From Terracidiphilus sp. (GTDB lineage Bacteria; Acidobacteriota; Terriglobia; Terriglobales; Acidobacteriaceae): a DNA stretch of 53,311 bases. Made by a program: the position numbers and the translations under genes. Shown one piece after another: positions 39,261-47,644 of this stretch. The stretch spans positions 1 to 53,311 of the forward strand of contig JBEKDX010000001.1 of assembly GCA_050014135.1 (NCBI GenBank), given 5' to 3'. Position 1 is the stretch's first letter, and each line of letters opens with the position of its first letter. The notes under the pieces were generated by a model. That model worked only from the letters and a program-made list of their open reading frames with translations, did no database searches and was not told where the DNA came from.

Positions 39261-39489
39261 ATCGAAGAGGATAGCTTAAATGCCTGTCGTTCGTCGCCTG
39301 TAAAATGATCGCCGGGTATACCTCTAGTTACAGGTCAGCCGAGCGCGCCGTACTCTATGAACAGGGTGAAGGTAACAGATTCTCGCGCACCAGCAGCTCC
39401 AGGCCGACGGGCTGGCGAAAGGCGGCTTAGGTTGGGACTGATGCGGCTCAACTTAACAGGTTTGTTTGCCGGAGCGTCTACTCCGCGCC

Positions 39490-40704
39490 TCAAGCAATAT
39501 GCCGGTCCCAGCCTTCCAGCGCGCGCCTGAATTCAGTCATGAACTTGCCCGCGTCAGCGCCGTCGATAGTGCGGTGGTCGAAGCCCAGGCAAAAATACTG
39601 CACGCTGCGAATCGCAATCGTGTCGCCGCCCTCGGCGTCGGTTAGCACCACCGGCTCCTTGCGCAGGCCACCGATGGCCAGAATTGCCGACTCCGGCTGG
39701 TTGATGATCGGCGTGCCGAACTCCTCGCCCAGAATGCCGGAGTTGGTCAGCGTGAAGGTGCCTCCTTGGATCTCTTCGGGCAGCAGCTTTTTGGCGCGGG
39801 CGCGGGCGGCCAGGTCGGCGATGGCGCGCGCCAAGTCCGGAAAGCTCATCCCCTCGGCCTGCTTGACGACGGGCACAATCAGCCCCCATTCCAAAGCCAC
39901 GGCGATACCCAGATTGATCCCCTGATGGTAGTGGATGGAGCCGTCCACCAGCGAGGCGTTGACGATAGGAAACTTGCCGAGGGACTCAACGGCGGCGGCG
40001 GCGATGAACGGCATATAGGTCAGCTTGACACCGTGCTGCTGCTCGAAGCGGGCCTTTTCGCGCTCGCGCAGACGGACGATTCGAGTCATGTCCACCTTGT
40101 AAACGCTGTGCACGTGCGGGCTGATATGCATACTCTCGACCATGCGCTGGGCGATGATTGCGCGCATCCTGGTGAGAGGAACCACCTGTTGTGCGGGCAC
40201 CTGCGGCGCGGCGCTGCCTGGGCCTTGCGCGGCCAAGTGACTCAGCACATCTTGTTTGGTGATACGGCCCTCGGAGCCGCTGCCGGCAATCTGGCTAAGG
40301 TCGAGGTTGTTCTCCTTGGCGATGCGTCGCACGAGCGGCGAGGAGCGGCGAGGTCCATCGTGTGCGGAAACTTTCGGCGCGGCCAACTCGGCCTTTGGCG
40401 CGAAGCTTGCGGATGGAGGAGCAGCGCTCATCGGCGGAGTCGCCGTTACGGGCAGAACCGCCGCGCCTATCTCTGAGATCACGGCAAGCACCGCATTGAC
40501 CTCGACGGTTGCGCCTTCGGGAAAGTTGATCTCGGTGAGCACGCCGGCAGCCGGCGAGGGAATCTCCGCGTCAACCTTGTCGGTGGAGATCTCCAGCAGC
40601 GGCTCGTCCTTCGCGACCGGATCGCCGGCCTCCTTGAGCCACTTGGTGATGGTTCCTTCAAAGATCGATTCGCCCATTTGGGGCATGACTACGTCGGTCG
40701 GCAT
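39490..40704 (-). CDS. 2-oxoacid dehydrogenase E2 dihydrolipoamide acyltransferase (SucB/DlaT-like, one lipoyl domain)
   Basis: MPQMGESI...STDKVDAEIPSP lipoyl domain, SPLVRRIA E3-binding domain, GGTFTLTN, catalytic FDHRTIDGA. Confidence 0.93.
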   Translation of the reverse strand: MPTDVVMPQMGESIFEGTITKWLKEAGDPVAKDEPLLEISTDKVDAEIPSPAAGVLTEINFPEGATVEVNAVLAVISEIGAAVLPVTATPPMSAAPPSASFAPKAELAAPKVSAHDGPRRSSPLVRRIAKENNLDLSQIAGSGSEGRITKQDVLSHLAAQGPGSAAPQVPAQQVVPLTRMRAIIAQRMVESMHISPHVHSVYKVDMTRIVRLREREKARFEQQHGVKLTYMPFIAAAAVESLGKFPIVNASLVDGSIHYHQGINLGIAVALEWGLIVPVVKQAEGMSFPDLARAIADLAARARAKKLLPEEIQGGTFTLTNSGILGEEFGTPIINQPESAILAIGGLRKEPVVLTDAEGGDTIAIRSVQYFCLGFDHRTIDGADAGKFMTEFRRALEGWDRHIA

Positions 40705-40880
40705 GAAGGTCTCTCCGGAATACGGGATGTGAGGGGCGCGCCCGTCTCAAGCCGGATTATAAATCGCGTCGCACTCCGGCAGCCGAAACGTGACCAACCA
40801 CACAGTTTGGGTGCCCTATATCTGGCGCAGCTTCATTGCGCAAGATGTGGGATGCCACCAACTGAATCTGATCTCGTTGA

Positions 40881-41717
40881 TCAGCCTCGAACTGGGCGTT
40901 CAGCGCCTCCGCGCAGTTGATCGACCTCGGCGGGAATCTGGAGAGGCGTGTCTTCTGCTGGGAATCGCGACGCGGCAGCCGCAGCCTGGGCGCGCAACGC
41001 CGCAAGGCTTTCGACCGCCAGCACAGGCTCACCGAAGACTTGCTCGAAGTTCTGTGCGGCAAGATGGGCTAGTTCTTCGAGCGTTGGAATCTCTTCCGGA
41101 TTCTGGATTTCCTTTTCGAGACTGGTAACCGCGTGACCGGCAATGCCGCAGGGAACGATTAAATCAAAGTCGGCGAGGTTGGTTGTGACGTTGAAGGCGA
41201 AGCCGTGCGAGGTGATGCCGCGCGCCACGTGGATGCCGATGGCGGCGATCTTTCTTTCCTTGCCGCGACTCTCAACCAAAGGGCTGCCGTCCGCAGGACA
41301 CCAGACGCCGGTGAGGCCGCAGATGCGTCCGGCGCGCACGCCAAAGCTGGCGCAGAGGCGAATCAGCGCCTCCTCCATGCCGCGCACAAAGTCCACTGGT
41401 CCCATACGTCCGCCATTTGCTGTATGCAGCGTACGTAAGTCGAAGATCGGATAGCCTACCAACTGCCCCGGCCCGTGATACGTCACGTCGCCGCCGCGAT
41501 TGATCTCGTGTACAGTGACGCCGCGCCGTGCCAGCAGTTCGTTTGAAGCCAGAATGTTCGAGCGATCCGCGTTGCGCCCCAAGGTGAGCACCGGCGGATG
41601 TTCGAGCAGCAGCAGGACATTCGCGACGCGCCCCTCGGCGACCAGCGCGGCCATCTCCGCTTGAAGCCGCAAGCCTTCGCCGTAGTCCACACGGCCGAGA
41701 TAGAGGAACTGAATCAT
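40881..41717 (-). CDS. lipB: Lipoyl(octanoyl) transferase
   Basis: LEHPPVLTLGR, NRGGDVTYHGPGQLVGYP, KIAAIG, TSHGFAFNV, IVPCG. Confidence 0.96.
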   Translation of the reverse strand: MIQFLYLGRVDYGEGLRLQAEMAALVAEGRVANVLLLLEHPPVLTLGRNADRSNILASNELLARRGVTVHEINRGGDVTYHGPGQLVGYPIFDLRTLHTANGGRMGPVDFVRGMEEALIRLCASFGVRAGRICGLTGVWCPADGSPLVESRGKERKIAAIGIHVARGITSHGFAFNVTTNLADFDLIVPCGIAGHAVTSLEKEIQNPEEIPTLEELAHLAAQNFEQVFGEPVLAVESLAALRAQAAAAASRFPAEDTPLQIPAEVDQLRGGAERPVRG

Positions 41718-41781
41718 CGTTAGTTTGATTGTAGCCAGATGCCTGTGCGTTCATGGTGACAGCCTTCACTAGGCGACACCT

Positions 41782-42168
41782 TCAGGCGTCGAGCCGCGCC
41801 GCGAAGAGTTTTTCAAAAACCGTCCGATGCTCCCAGGCAACCAGTAGCCAAAGAAGCGTCGGAAACGCACCCATACCTATGCCACCAGGGTTCATCAGAA
41901 GATGGAACAAAAGAATGTTAAACAACACGGGAGCCAGCAGCGTCAGTCCCAGCCCCACAAAGCGGTTCGCGAGAAACAGAACCCCGGAGATGACCATTAT
42001 CGCGCCCACCACGTAAAAGTAGTGCGCGGCAAACAAGGCGGCGGTGAACTGACCGGCCAGCCCTGTGGGCAATGGTCCCATGGGAATGAAGTTCAGAAAC
42101 ATATTGGAACCGAAGACCAGAAACATCAGGCCTAGCAGATAGCGAGCGATGGTCGAGGCTATCTTCAT
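41782..42168 (-). CDS. DoxX-like membrane protein
   Basis: ARYLLGLMFLVFG, four hydrophobic helices, NILLFH. AGGAG RBS. Confidence 0.78.
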   Translation of the reverse strand: MKIASTIARYLLGLMFLVFGSNMFLNFIPMGPLPTGLAGQFTAALFAAHYFYVVGAIMVISGVLFLANRFVGLGLTLLAPVLFNILLFHLLMNPGGIGMGAFPTLLWLLVAWEHRTVFEKLFAARLDA

Positions 42169-42382
42169 GTTGTTCTCCTTGAATTGAGATGAACGAATTG
42201 AGATGAATCCTGGAATTTATGCGCCGGGAGCCGGTCAACTTTGTGTTGGAAGGGCTCCGCTGAGGACAGGAAACTCTCTCCGCAAGAAATGGATGGTTTT
42301 CTATCCTCTGTGGATTCAAAGGATTTGTCTACGGACTCTTGAAGTTGGCGGTAAACTGGTGTATGTCGAGGGAGAACGCCGC

Positions 42383-42673
42383 ATGAGGCCGTCTGAGGTA
42401 TTGCCGCAGCATCGGGAGACGATCCGCCAGTTTGTGCTCCAAGCCGGCATGGCGAACCCGCGCGTCTTCGGGAGCGTGGTGCGGGGCGAGGATCGGGAGG
42501 ATAGCGACCTGGATATTCTGGTCGATCCGGCGCCGCGCGCCAGCCTGCTCGCCATGGAAAAGCTCCAGGCACAACTGGAGAAGGCCACCGGCGTCAAGAT
42601 CGATCTCCGCACGCCAGAAGAGATTCATCAACGCTTCCGCGGAAAGGTTCTCGCCGAGGCCGCCGCGCTGTGA
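42383..42673 (+). CDS. Minimal nucleotidyltransferase (MNT/MntA-type antitoxin)
   Basis: FGSVVRGEDREDSDLDILV (GSx10DxD), KIDL. GGAG before ATG 42383. Confidence 0.9.
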   Translation: MRPSEVLPQHRETIRQFVLQAGMANPRVFGSVVRGEDREDSDLDILVDPAPRASLLAMEKLQAQLEKATGVKIDLRTPEEIHQRFRGKVLAEAAAL

Positions 42674-43038
42674 ACAAAGAAGATCTCACCGCCAAAGACT
42701 TCCTCCAACACATCCTGGAGGCAGCCGATCGTGTCCTTCGTTACACCAAGTGCATGGGCCGCAAGGAGTTTTCTGCCGATACGCTGGTCCAGGACGCCGT
42801 GATTCACAACGTGGAGATCCTCGGAGAAGCCGCCAACAACCTGTTGGAAGTCGCTCCCGGCATTGGCGACAAGTATCCGTCGATTCCCTTTACCCAGATT
42901 CGTGGAATGAGGAACCGCGTCGCACACGGCTATTTTGCTGTGAGTCTCTCGATGATCTGGGATACCGTGCAGATGGACATTCCGGAACTGCGGCAACAGA
43001 TTGCGAAAGTGATCGGCGAAATACAAGCGGAGGAGTAA
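42670..43038 (+). CDS. HEPN/DUF86 (HepT-like) ribonuclease toxin
   Basis: QDAVIHNVEILGEAA, MRNRVAHGY (Rx4HxY), IWDTV. GTGA overlap with MNT. Confidence 0.92.
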   Translation: MNKEDLTAKDFLQHILEAADRVLRYTKCMGRKEFSADTLVQDAVIHNVEILGEAANNLLEVAPGIGDKYPSIPFTQIRGMRNRVAHGYFAVSLSMIWDTVQMDIPELRQQIAKVIGEIQAEE

Positions 43039-44012
43039 TGATGGAAGAACAAGAGCACGTAGAAACAAATGGCCAAGCCGAGCCGGAACTGCTTTTTCAC
43101 TACACGACACAGCACGGCCTCTTGGGAATACTTAAACACAAGTGTATTTGGGCGACGCATATTCGGTATCTTAACGACACAAGTGAGGGAAACATTGTCC
43201 CTCAGGTCATTTTTCTTGAATTCTCGAGTCGGTATAATACTCGTCCTCTCTTTGAGATGCTTGGCATGGCGACCGACAATGTCAGAAACGCAGGTGAATC
43301 TGTCGACGAAGATGCGCTAGGACAGGGTTCTATGATGGCGTCTTGGGTTACATCACAGAATGTTTTTGTCTCATCATTTTCTGAATGTGGAAATTCACTC
43401 AGCCAGTGGAGAGCCTATTCAGAGCGATCAGGCGGGTACAGCATTGGATTTCGGCCCGAATATCTTCGTGAAGTTGGGGAAAGGTTTTTGAGTAGCCGTC
43501 CAGACCGATTCTCGCAGGGTTCGGATTCACTTGTCCGCTGTATTTATTATGACGAGGAAGAGGAGAAATCGCTTAAGGATGAAGTAAAGAGACTTGTTAC
43601 TGCGTATATCGAGGAAGCTGCCTCTGTCGCAAAGCTGCCAGTCGGAGAAGGAATCCAGGGATTCAGGACACCAGCTGCGCTTGCAATTAAACACTTTTTT
43701 AAACTTGGGAAGCGATCAGCGATCACGAAGGATAATGGCTTTCGTGAGGAAGCTGAATGGAGGTTAGCATTTCTTCTACAGCAAGGTTCTTCCGTATCAG
43801 ATATTGAGCTCAGGCCCGGAAGTTCAATGCCAGTTCCATACTTGAAGGTTCCTCTTCGCATAGAGGATCAGGTGATTGGAATCTACAAGGTGATAGTAGG
43901 TCCATGTCCCCATCCTAGTGAGTCTGTTAAATCTGTCCAGATGCTATTGGAGAGTGAGGGCTTTCGCGGCGTTGAAGTAGTCTCCTCCAATATCCCCTAC
44001 CGCAACTGGTAA
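43038..44012 (+). CDS. DUF2971-like domain protein
   Basis: LFHYTT, IWATHIRYLND, SFSE...LSQWRAY...GYSIGF, KDNGFREEAEWR, VIVGP. TAATG coupling to HEPN; visibly more AT-rich than its flanks. Confidence 0.82.
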   Translation: MMEEQEHVETNGQAEPELLFHYTTQHGLLGILKHKCIWATHIRYLNDTSEGNIVPQVIFLEFSSRYNTRPLFEMLGMATDNVRNAGESVDEDALGQGSMMASWVTSQNVFVSSFSECGNSLSQWRAYSERSGGYSIGFRPEYLREVGERFLSSRPDRFSQGSDSLVRCIYYDEEEEKSLKDEVKRLVTAYIEEAASVAKLPVGEGIQGFRTPAALAIKHFFKLGKRSAITKDNGFREEAEWRLAFLLQQGSSVSDIELRPGSSMPVPYLKVPLRIEDQVIGIYKVIVGPCPHPSESVKSVQMLLESEGFRGVEVVSSNIPYRNW

Positions 44013-44065
44013 GCCACGTATCCTATGCGAGTGAAGAGCGAGCAGTTAGCCCCACCGCAGGTGGC

Positions 44066-44389
44066 TCACCGCGCGCTTTCAATCTGCCGCGAAATCCAAC
44101 GGCTCAAACTCACGCCCTCAACCGCCGCGCGCAGAGCCGCCTTGCGATGCAACTCCGGCTCTGTGCGCACCAGAATTTTTCCGTTGAAGGGACGGTCGGG
44201 CTGCTGGCCGCTCTCGGCGCATAGCTCCAGATAGCTGTCGATGCTCTCGCGGAAGGCGCGCGCCAGTTCGGTGGCTGTTCTGCCCTCGAAATGAATCACG
44301 TCTCGCAGCCCAGCGACGGTGCCGGAAAATGTCTTTTCCTCTGGGTCAAAATCGATGGACCCAGCGGCATAACCCTTGTATTCCATCAT
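44066..44389 (-). CDS. hicB: Type II TA antitoxin, HicB family
   Basis: MEYKGY, DVIHFEG, FRESIDSYL, C-terminal ribbon-helix-helix (FNGKILVRTEPELH...SLSRWI). Confidence 0.92.
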   Translation of the reverse strand: MMEYKGYAAGSIDFDPEEKTFSGTVAGLRDVIHFEGRTATELARAFRESIDSYLELCAESGQQPDRPFNGKILVRTEPELHRKAALRAAVEGVSLSRWISRQIESAR

Positions 44390-44640
44390 GGCTTCACCCC
44401 CGCATTCATAAGAAACTGGCGAACTGCTTCGACCGCGCCTTTCTTGGTTTCAGGCCTTGGGTGCGGTCGGTGAAAGACGGCGGTCACTCCGTTCAATCTT
44501 GCCGCTACCCGGCTACCCGCGCGCTCCGTAACTTCGCCGCCCAACGCGCGAATCAGCGATTCAATCGCCGACCAGCGAATGTCTGCCCGTGTTGGGCGGA
44601 CAAAGAGGTCGTTCAGCGTACTTTGCTGCGCCTTGTTCAT
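44386..44640 (-). CDS. hicA: Type II TA toxin, HicA family
   Basis: IRWSAIESLIRALG, GSRV, FHRPHP. Start moved to ATG 44640. Confidence 0.9.
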   Translation of the reverse strand: MNKAQQSTLNDLFVRPTRADIRWSAIESLIRALGGEVTERAGSRVAARLNGVTAVFHRPHPRPETKKGAVEAVRQFLMNAGVKP

Positions 44641-44723
44641 GCAAAGGAAACTTGGCCTTTCTGGTTCCTGAGCCTGAGAACATGATAGCACATTCCGCTA
44701 TCGTTCGATTGAGTTCAATATAT

Positions 44724-44770
44724 CCAACCCCAGCCGCAAAAACAAGAACGCGGCGAGGATGGGGGCACCC
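44724..44770. repeat. Family B palindromic element between hicA and rnpB
   Basis: ccaaccccagccgcaaaaacaagaacgcggcgaggatgggggcaccc; shares aagaacgc...gatggggcaccc with 13161-13186. Confidence 0.68.
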
Positions 44771-44813
44771 TGGCTTTTGGGGCACACAACCCACGGTAAA
44801 ACCGGAAGTGCGG

Positions 44814-44819
44814 TAGACT
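44814..44819 (+). promoter_or_regulatory. Putative -10 box of rnpB
   Basis: TAGACT 7 nt before the predicted RNA 5' end. Confidence 0.5.
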
Positions 44820-44826
44820 GAGGACT

Positions 44827-45314
44827 GGCAGGAGGACCGGGCGGTCGCTGCCGGAGGGTTCGCTTTGGCGAAGTTCTTCGGGGGAGGAAAGTCCGAACTC
44901 CGCAGGGCAGTGTGCCGGATAACGTCCGGGACGCGGGCTTCAAGGCTCGTGGACGGCTAGTGCCACAGAAAAGATACCGCTTCTGCTCGCCCTTCTTCGG
45001 ATGGACGGCCGGGAACAGCCAGAGGAGAAATCCTATGGGCTGCCCCACGCAGTGGTAAGGGTGAAATGGTGCGGTAAGAGCGCACCGCCTCGACGGTAAC
45101 GCCGGGGGCAGGGTAAACCCCACACGGAGCAAGACCAAATAGGGAGGGAAGCGCGCGCCAAGAGTCAGGCTGCGCTCCGTATCGGCCCGATGCGGCAAGA
45201 CGGCTCGAGCAATTGTCGAAACCTCCGGGTAGGTCGCTGATGAGCGTCCGCGGCGACGCGGCGCCTAGAGGAATGACCGCACACGACAGAATTCGGCTTA
45301 TAGGTCCTTTTGCC
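44827..45314 (+). ncRNA. rnpB: RNase P RNA, type A
   Basis: GAGGAAAGTCCG, AGTGCCACAGAAA, GGGTGAAATGGTGCGGTAAGAGCGCACC, GGTAAACCCC, GAGCAAGACCAAATAGG, ACAGAATTCGGCTTA. P1 formed by ggcaggaggacc / ggtccttttgcc. Confidence 0.97.
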
Positions 45315-45332
45315 GAATGCATTGCACAACGA

Positions 45333-45366
45333 CAGCCCCGGCGGGATCAACTTCCGGCGGGGCTGG
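45333..45366 (+). terminator. GC-rich hairpin after rnpB
   Basis: cagccccg...cggggctg stem; weak U-tract. Confidence 0.5.
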
Positions 45367-45443
45367 CCATTTGTAGCGAGTCAGCGAGTCAGCCGCCCGT
45401 CCTCGCAACTCCTGGCAAAGCCTCCATGACTTAGTATGGAAAG

Positions 45444-45878
45444 ATGCTGCGAGTCAAGTTGCTGGAAGCCGGGGCGCATGCGCCGGTGGTGGCCCACAAG
45501 GGCGAGGATCTGGGCTATGACCTCTTTGCGCTCGAGGATGTGGCGCTTGCTCCGAGGGCCACGGTGAGGGCGCGGACAGGTATTGCCGCTGAGGCGCGTC
45601 ATCCGCAGACTGGCGAGCCGCTGGGCCTGCTGGTGCGCGACCGCTCGTCGATGGCGGCGCGCGGTATTGCCACCACCGCCGGAGTGATCGACGCAGGTTA
45701 CCGAGGCGAGATTCTTGTGCTGATGACCAACCTGGGCGAGGCGCCCATCGAACTGAAGGCCGGCGAAAAGATTGCCCAGATGATTCCTCTGCCGGTGCTG
45801 ACTGGAACTGTGGAAGTGGTCGAGAGCCTGGAAGAGTCAGCGCGCGCGGAAAAGGGCTTTGGCAGCTCGGGCCGGTGA
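45444..45878 (+). CDS. dut: dUTP diphosphatase
   Basis: GYDL, RTGI, DRSSMA, GVIDAGYRGEI, KIAQ, KGFGSSG. Confidence 0.95.
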   Translation: MLRVKLLEAGAHAPVVAHKGEDLGYDLFALEDVALAPRATVRARTGIAAEARHPQTGEPLGLLVRDRSSMAARGIATTAGVIDAGYRGEILVLMTNLGEAPIELKAGEKIAQMIPLPVLTGTVEVVESLEESARAEKGFGSSGR

Positions 45879-45951
45879 GAAATGCGGCGCGGCCTATTCG
45901 ATATAATCCTGTAGAGCGCAAGCCACAGCTATTCGCTCTTTGGAGCCTTGA

Positions 45952-46440
45952 ATGACCTTTGATATCCAGGAAATCCTGGGTTTACTCCCGCATCGCTACC
46001 CGTTTCTGCTAATCGACAGAGTCGTCGAATTCGAGCGCGGCAAGCGCCTGGTAGCCATCAAGAATGTGACCATGAACGAGCCTTTTTTTCAAGGCCACTT
46101 TCCAGGCTATCCCATCATGCCGGGCGTGCTGATGATCGAGGCGATGGCCCAGGCTGGCGCCATCATCATGATGAGCGAAATTCCCGACCGCGAGACCAAG
46201 CTGGCGGTCTTTACCGGCATCGAGCGCGCCAAATTCCGCAAGCCGGTGACGCCCGGCGATCAGTTGCGCATCGAAGTGGACGTGCTGGCCTTCAAGAGCC
46301 GCCTGGGACGCATGGAAGCCAAAGCCTTCGTCGACGGCAAGGTCGCTTGTCAGGCTACGCTCACCTGCTCGATCGTTTCCAAGACGCGCGAGGCTGCGCC
46401 GACAGCAGCCGATGAAGCCTCAACTGAGGGAGAAGCGTGA
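45952..46440 (+). CDS. fabZ: 3-hydroxyacyl-ACP dehydratase
   Basis: LPHRYPFLLIDR, NEPFFQGHFP, MPGVLMIEAMAQ, FRKPVTPGD. Confidence 0.97.
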   Translation: MTFDIQEILGLLPHRYPFLLIDRVVEFERGKRLVAIKNVTMNEPFFQGHFPGYPIMPGVLMIEAMAQAGAIIMMSEIPDRETKLAVFTGIERAKFRKPVTPGDQLRIEVDVLAFKSRLGRMEAKAFVDGKVACQATLTCSIVSKTREAAPTAADEASTEGEA

Positions 46441-47207
46441 GCATCCATCCCAGCGCCGTTGTCGCATCAGGCGCGGTCGTTCCCGCCTCCTGTACAGTGG
46501 GGCCATTTTGCACCATCGGACCCAGGGTGGTGCTGGGAGAGGAGTGCAATCTCATCTCCCACGTGGTGCTCGATGGACGGACCCGCATCGGCGCTCGGAA
46601 CACCTTTTATTCCTTCTGCGCCGTCGGCGTTGCGCCGCAGGATTTGAAGTACGGAGGCGAGCCTACCGCGCTCGAGATCGGCGACTCGAACACCATTCGC
46701 GAGAACGTGACCATTAGCCGCGGGACCACAGGCGGCGGTGGTGTGACGCGCATCGGCAGCCATTGTTTATTGATGGCCGGCGTGCATATCGGCCACGACA
46801 GCCTGGTGGGCAGCAACTGCATACTGGCCAACTGCGCCACGCTTGCCGGTCACGTCATCATTGAGGACTACGCCACCGTGGGCGCATTTTGCCCGGTGCA
46901 TCAGCATTGCATTGTCGGCCAGTACGCTTTCATCGGCGGCGGGACCATCGTAACGCAAGATGTGCTGCCCTTTTCGCTGACCTCGGCGCGGCGCGAGAAC
47001 AAGGCCTTCGGCATTAACAAAGTTGGCCTGCAGCGGCGCGGCTTTTCGCCTGAACGGCTGCAAGTATTACAGAAGGCATTTCGCTTGCTTCTGGCCGCCA
47101 AGCTGAACACCACGCAGGCCGTCGAGAAGATCAATGAGCTGGAGGGCGAAGACGTGGCTTTGCTGGCCGCCTTCCTCTCACGCAGCGAACGCGGGGTGAT
47201 CAAGTAG
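46437..47207 (+). CDS. lpxA: UDP-N-acetylglucosamine O-acyltransferase
   Basis: IHPSAVV hexapeptide repeats, PQDLKY, IRENVTISRGT, HIGHD, LAGHV, VHQ, QDVLP. Confidence 0.96.
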   Translation: MSIHPSAVVASGAVVPASCTVGPFCTIGPRVVLGEECNLISHVVLDGRTRIGARNTFYSFCAVGVAPQDLKYGGEPTALEIGDSNTIRENVTISRGTTGGGGVTRIGSHCLLMAGVHIGHDSLVGSNCILANCATLAGHVIIEDYATVGAFCPVHQHCIVGQYAFIGGGTIVTQDVLPFSLTSARRENKAFGINKVGLQRRGFSPERLQVLQKAFRLLLAAKLNTTQAVEKINELEGEDVALLAAFLSRSERGVIK

Positions 47208-47257
47208 AGCAGGGGAAGGTTGTTTGGCGTTATTTCAGGGGTGGAAGGAGTGGCGAG

Positions 47258-47605
47258 ATGCTTGGTCGAAAATTGCTTCATAATTTGCTGCCCACAGCCA
47301 CCGTTGTAGTTTTCTTCTTCGTGCTCGACAGGCGTTCAATAACCGGTTTTGAAGCCCGGCTCACAGTTGGTCTCTGTTTAACATTGCTTTTGATCATTTG
47401 GTCGGAATGGCTAAAAGCACGCCGCTTGAGATTGACCGCTTCATACCCTTGCCTTTTTGGGTTCTACTTTGTTCTTTTCCTGGTCGAGCGCGGACCTGGC
47501 GATTTGGGCACTCTAATTGGCGGCGCGGGATTCCTCTTGGGGTTGGCCTTGCTTTTCCGCAGATTGCGCTCGAAGAAGGAACCTACCCCAGACGAGGTGT
47601 CCTGA
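47258..47605 (+). CDS. Hypothetical multi-pass membrane protein
   Basis: GGAG RBS; about four hydrophobic segments; fills the lpxA-lpxI gap; T-rich. Confidence 0.55.
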   Translation: MLGRKLLHNLLPTATVVVFFFVLDRRSITGFEARLTVGLCLTLLLIIWSEWLKARRLRLTASYPCLFGFYFVLFLVERGPGDLGTLIGGAGFLLGLALLFRRLRSKKEPTPDEVS

Positions 47606-47644
47606 CGTGGCCAAGGTAGCATTCATTCAACACGGGTGCGCAAT

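Noticed and set aside
42432-43037. Apparent 526-aa ORF overlapping MNT and HEPN in another frame
   Set aside because: The first ~200 aa are Arg/Pro-rich off-frame sequence; the RBS and domain motifs start at 43038.
44698-45350. Minus-strand ORFs of 166, 121 and 61 aa
   Set aside because: Antisense to rnpB, a known source of spurious hypothetical proteins.
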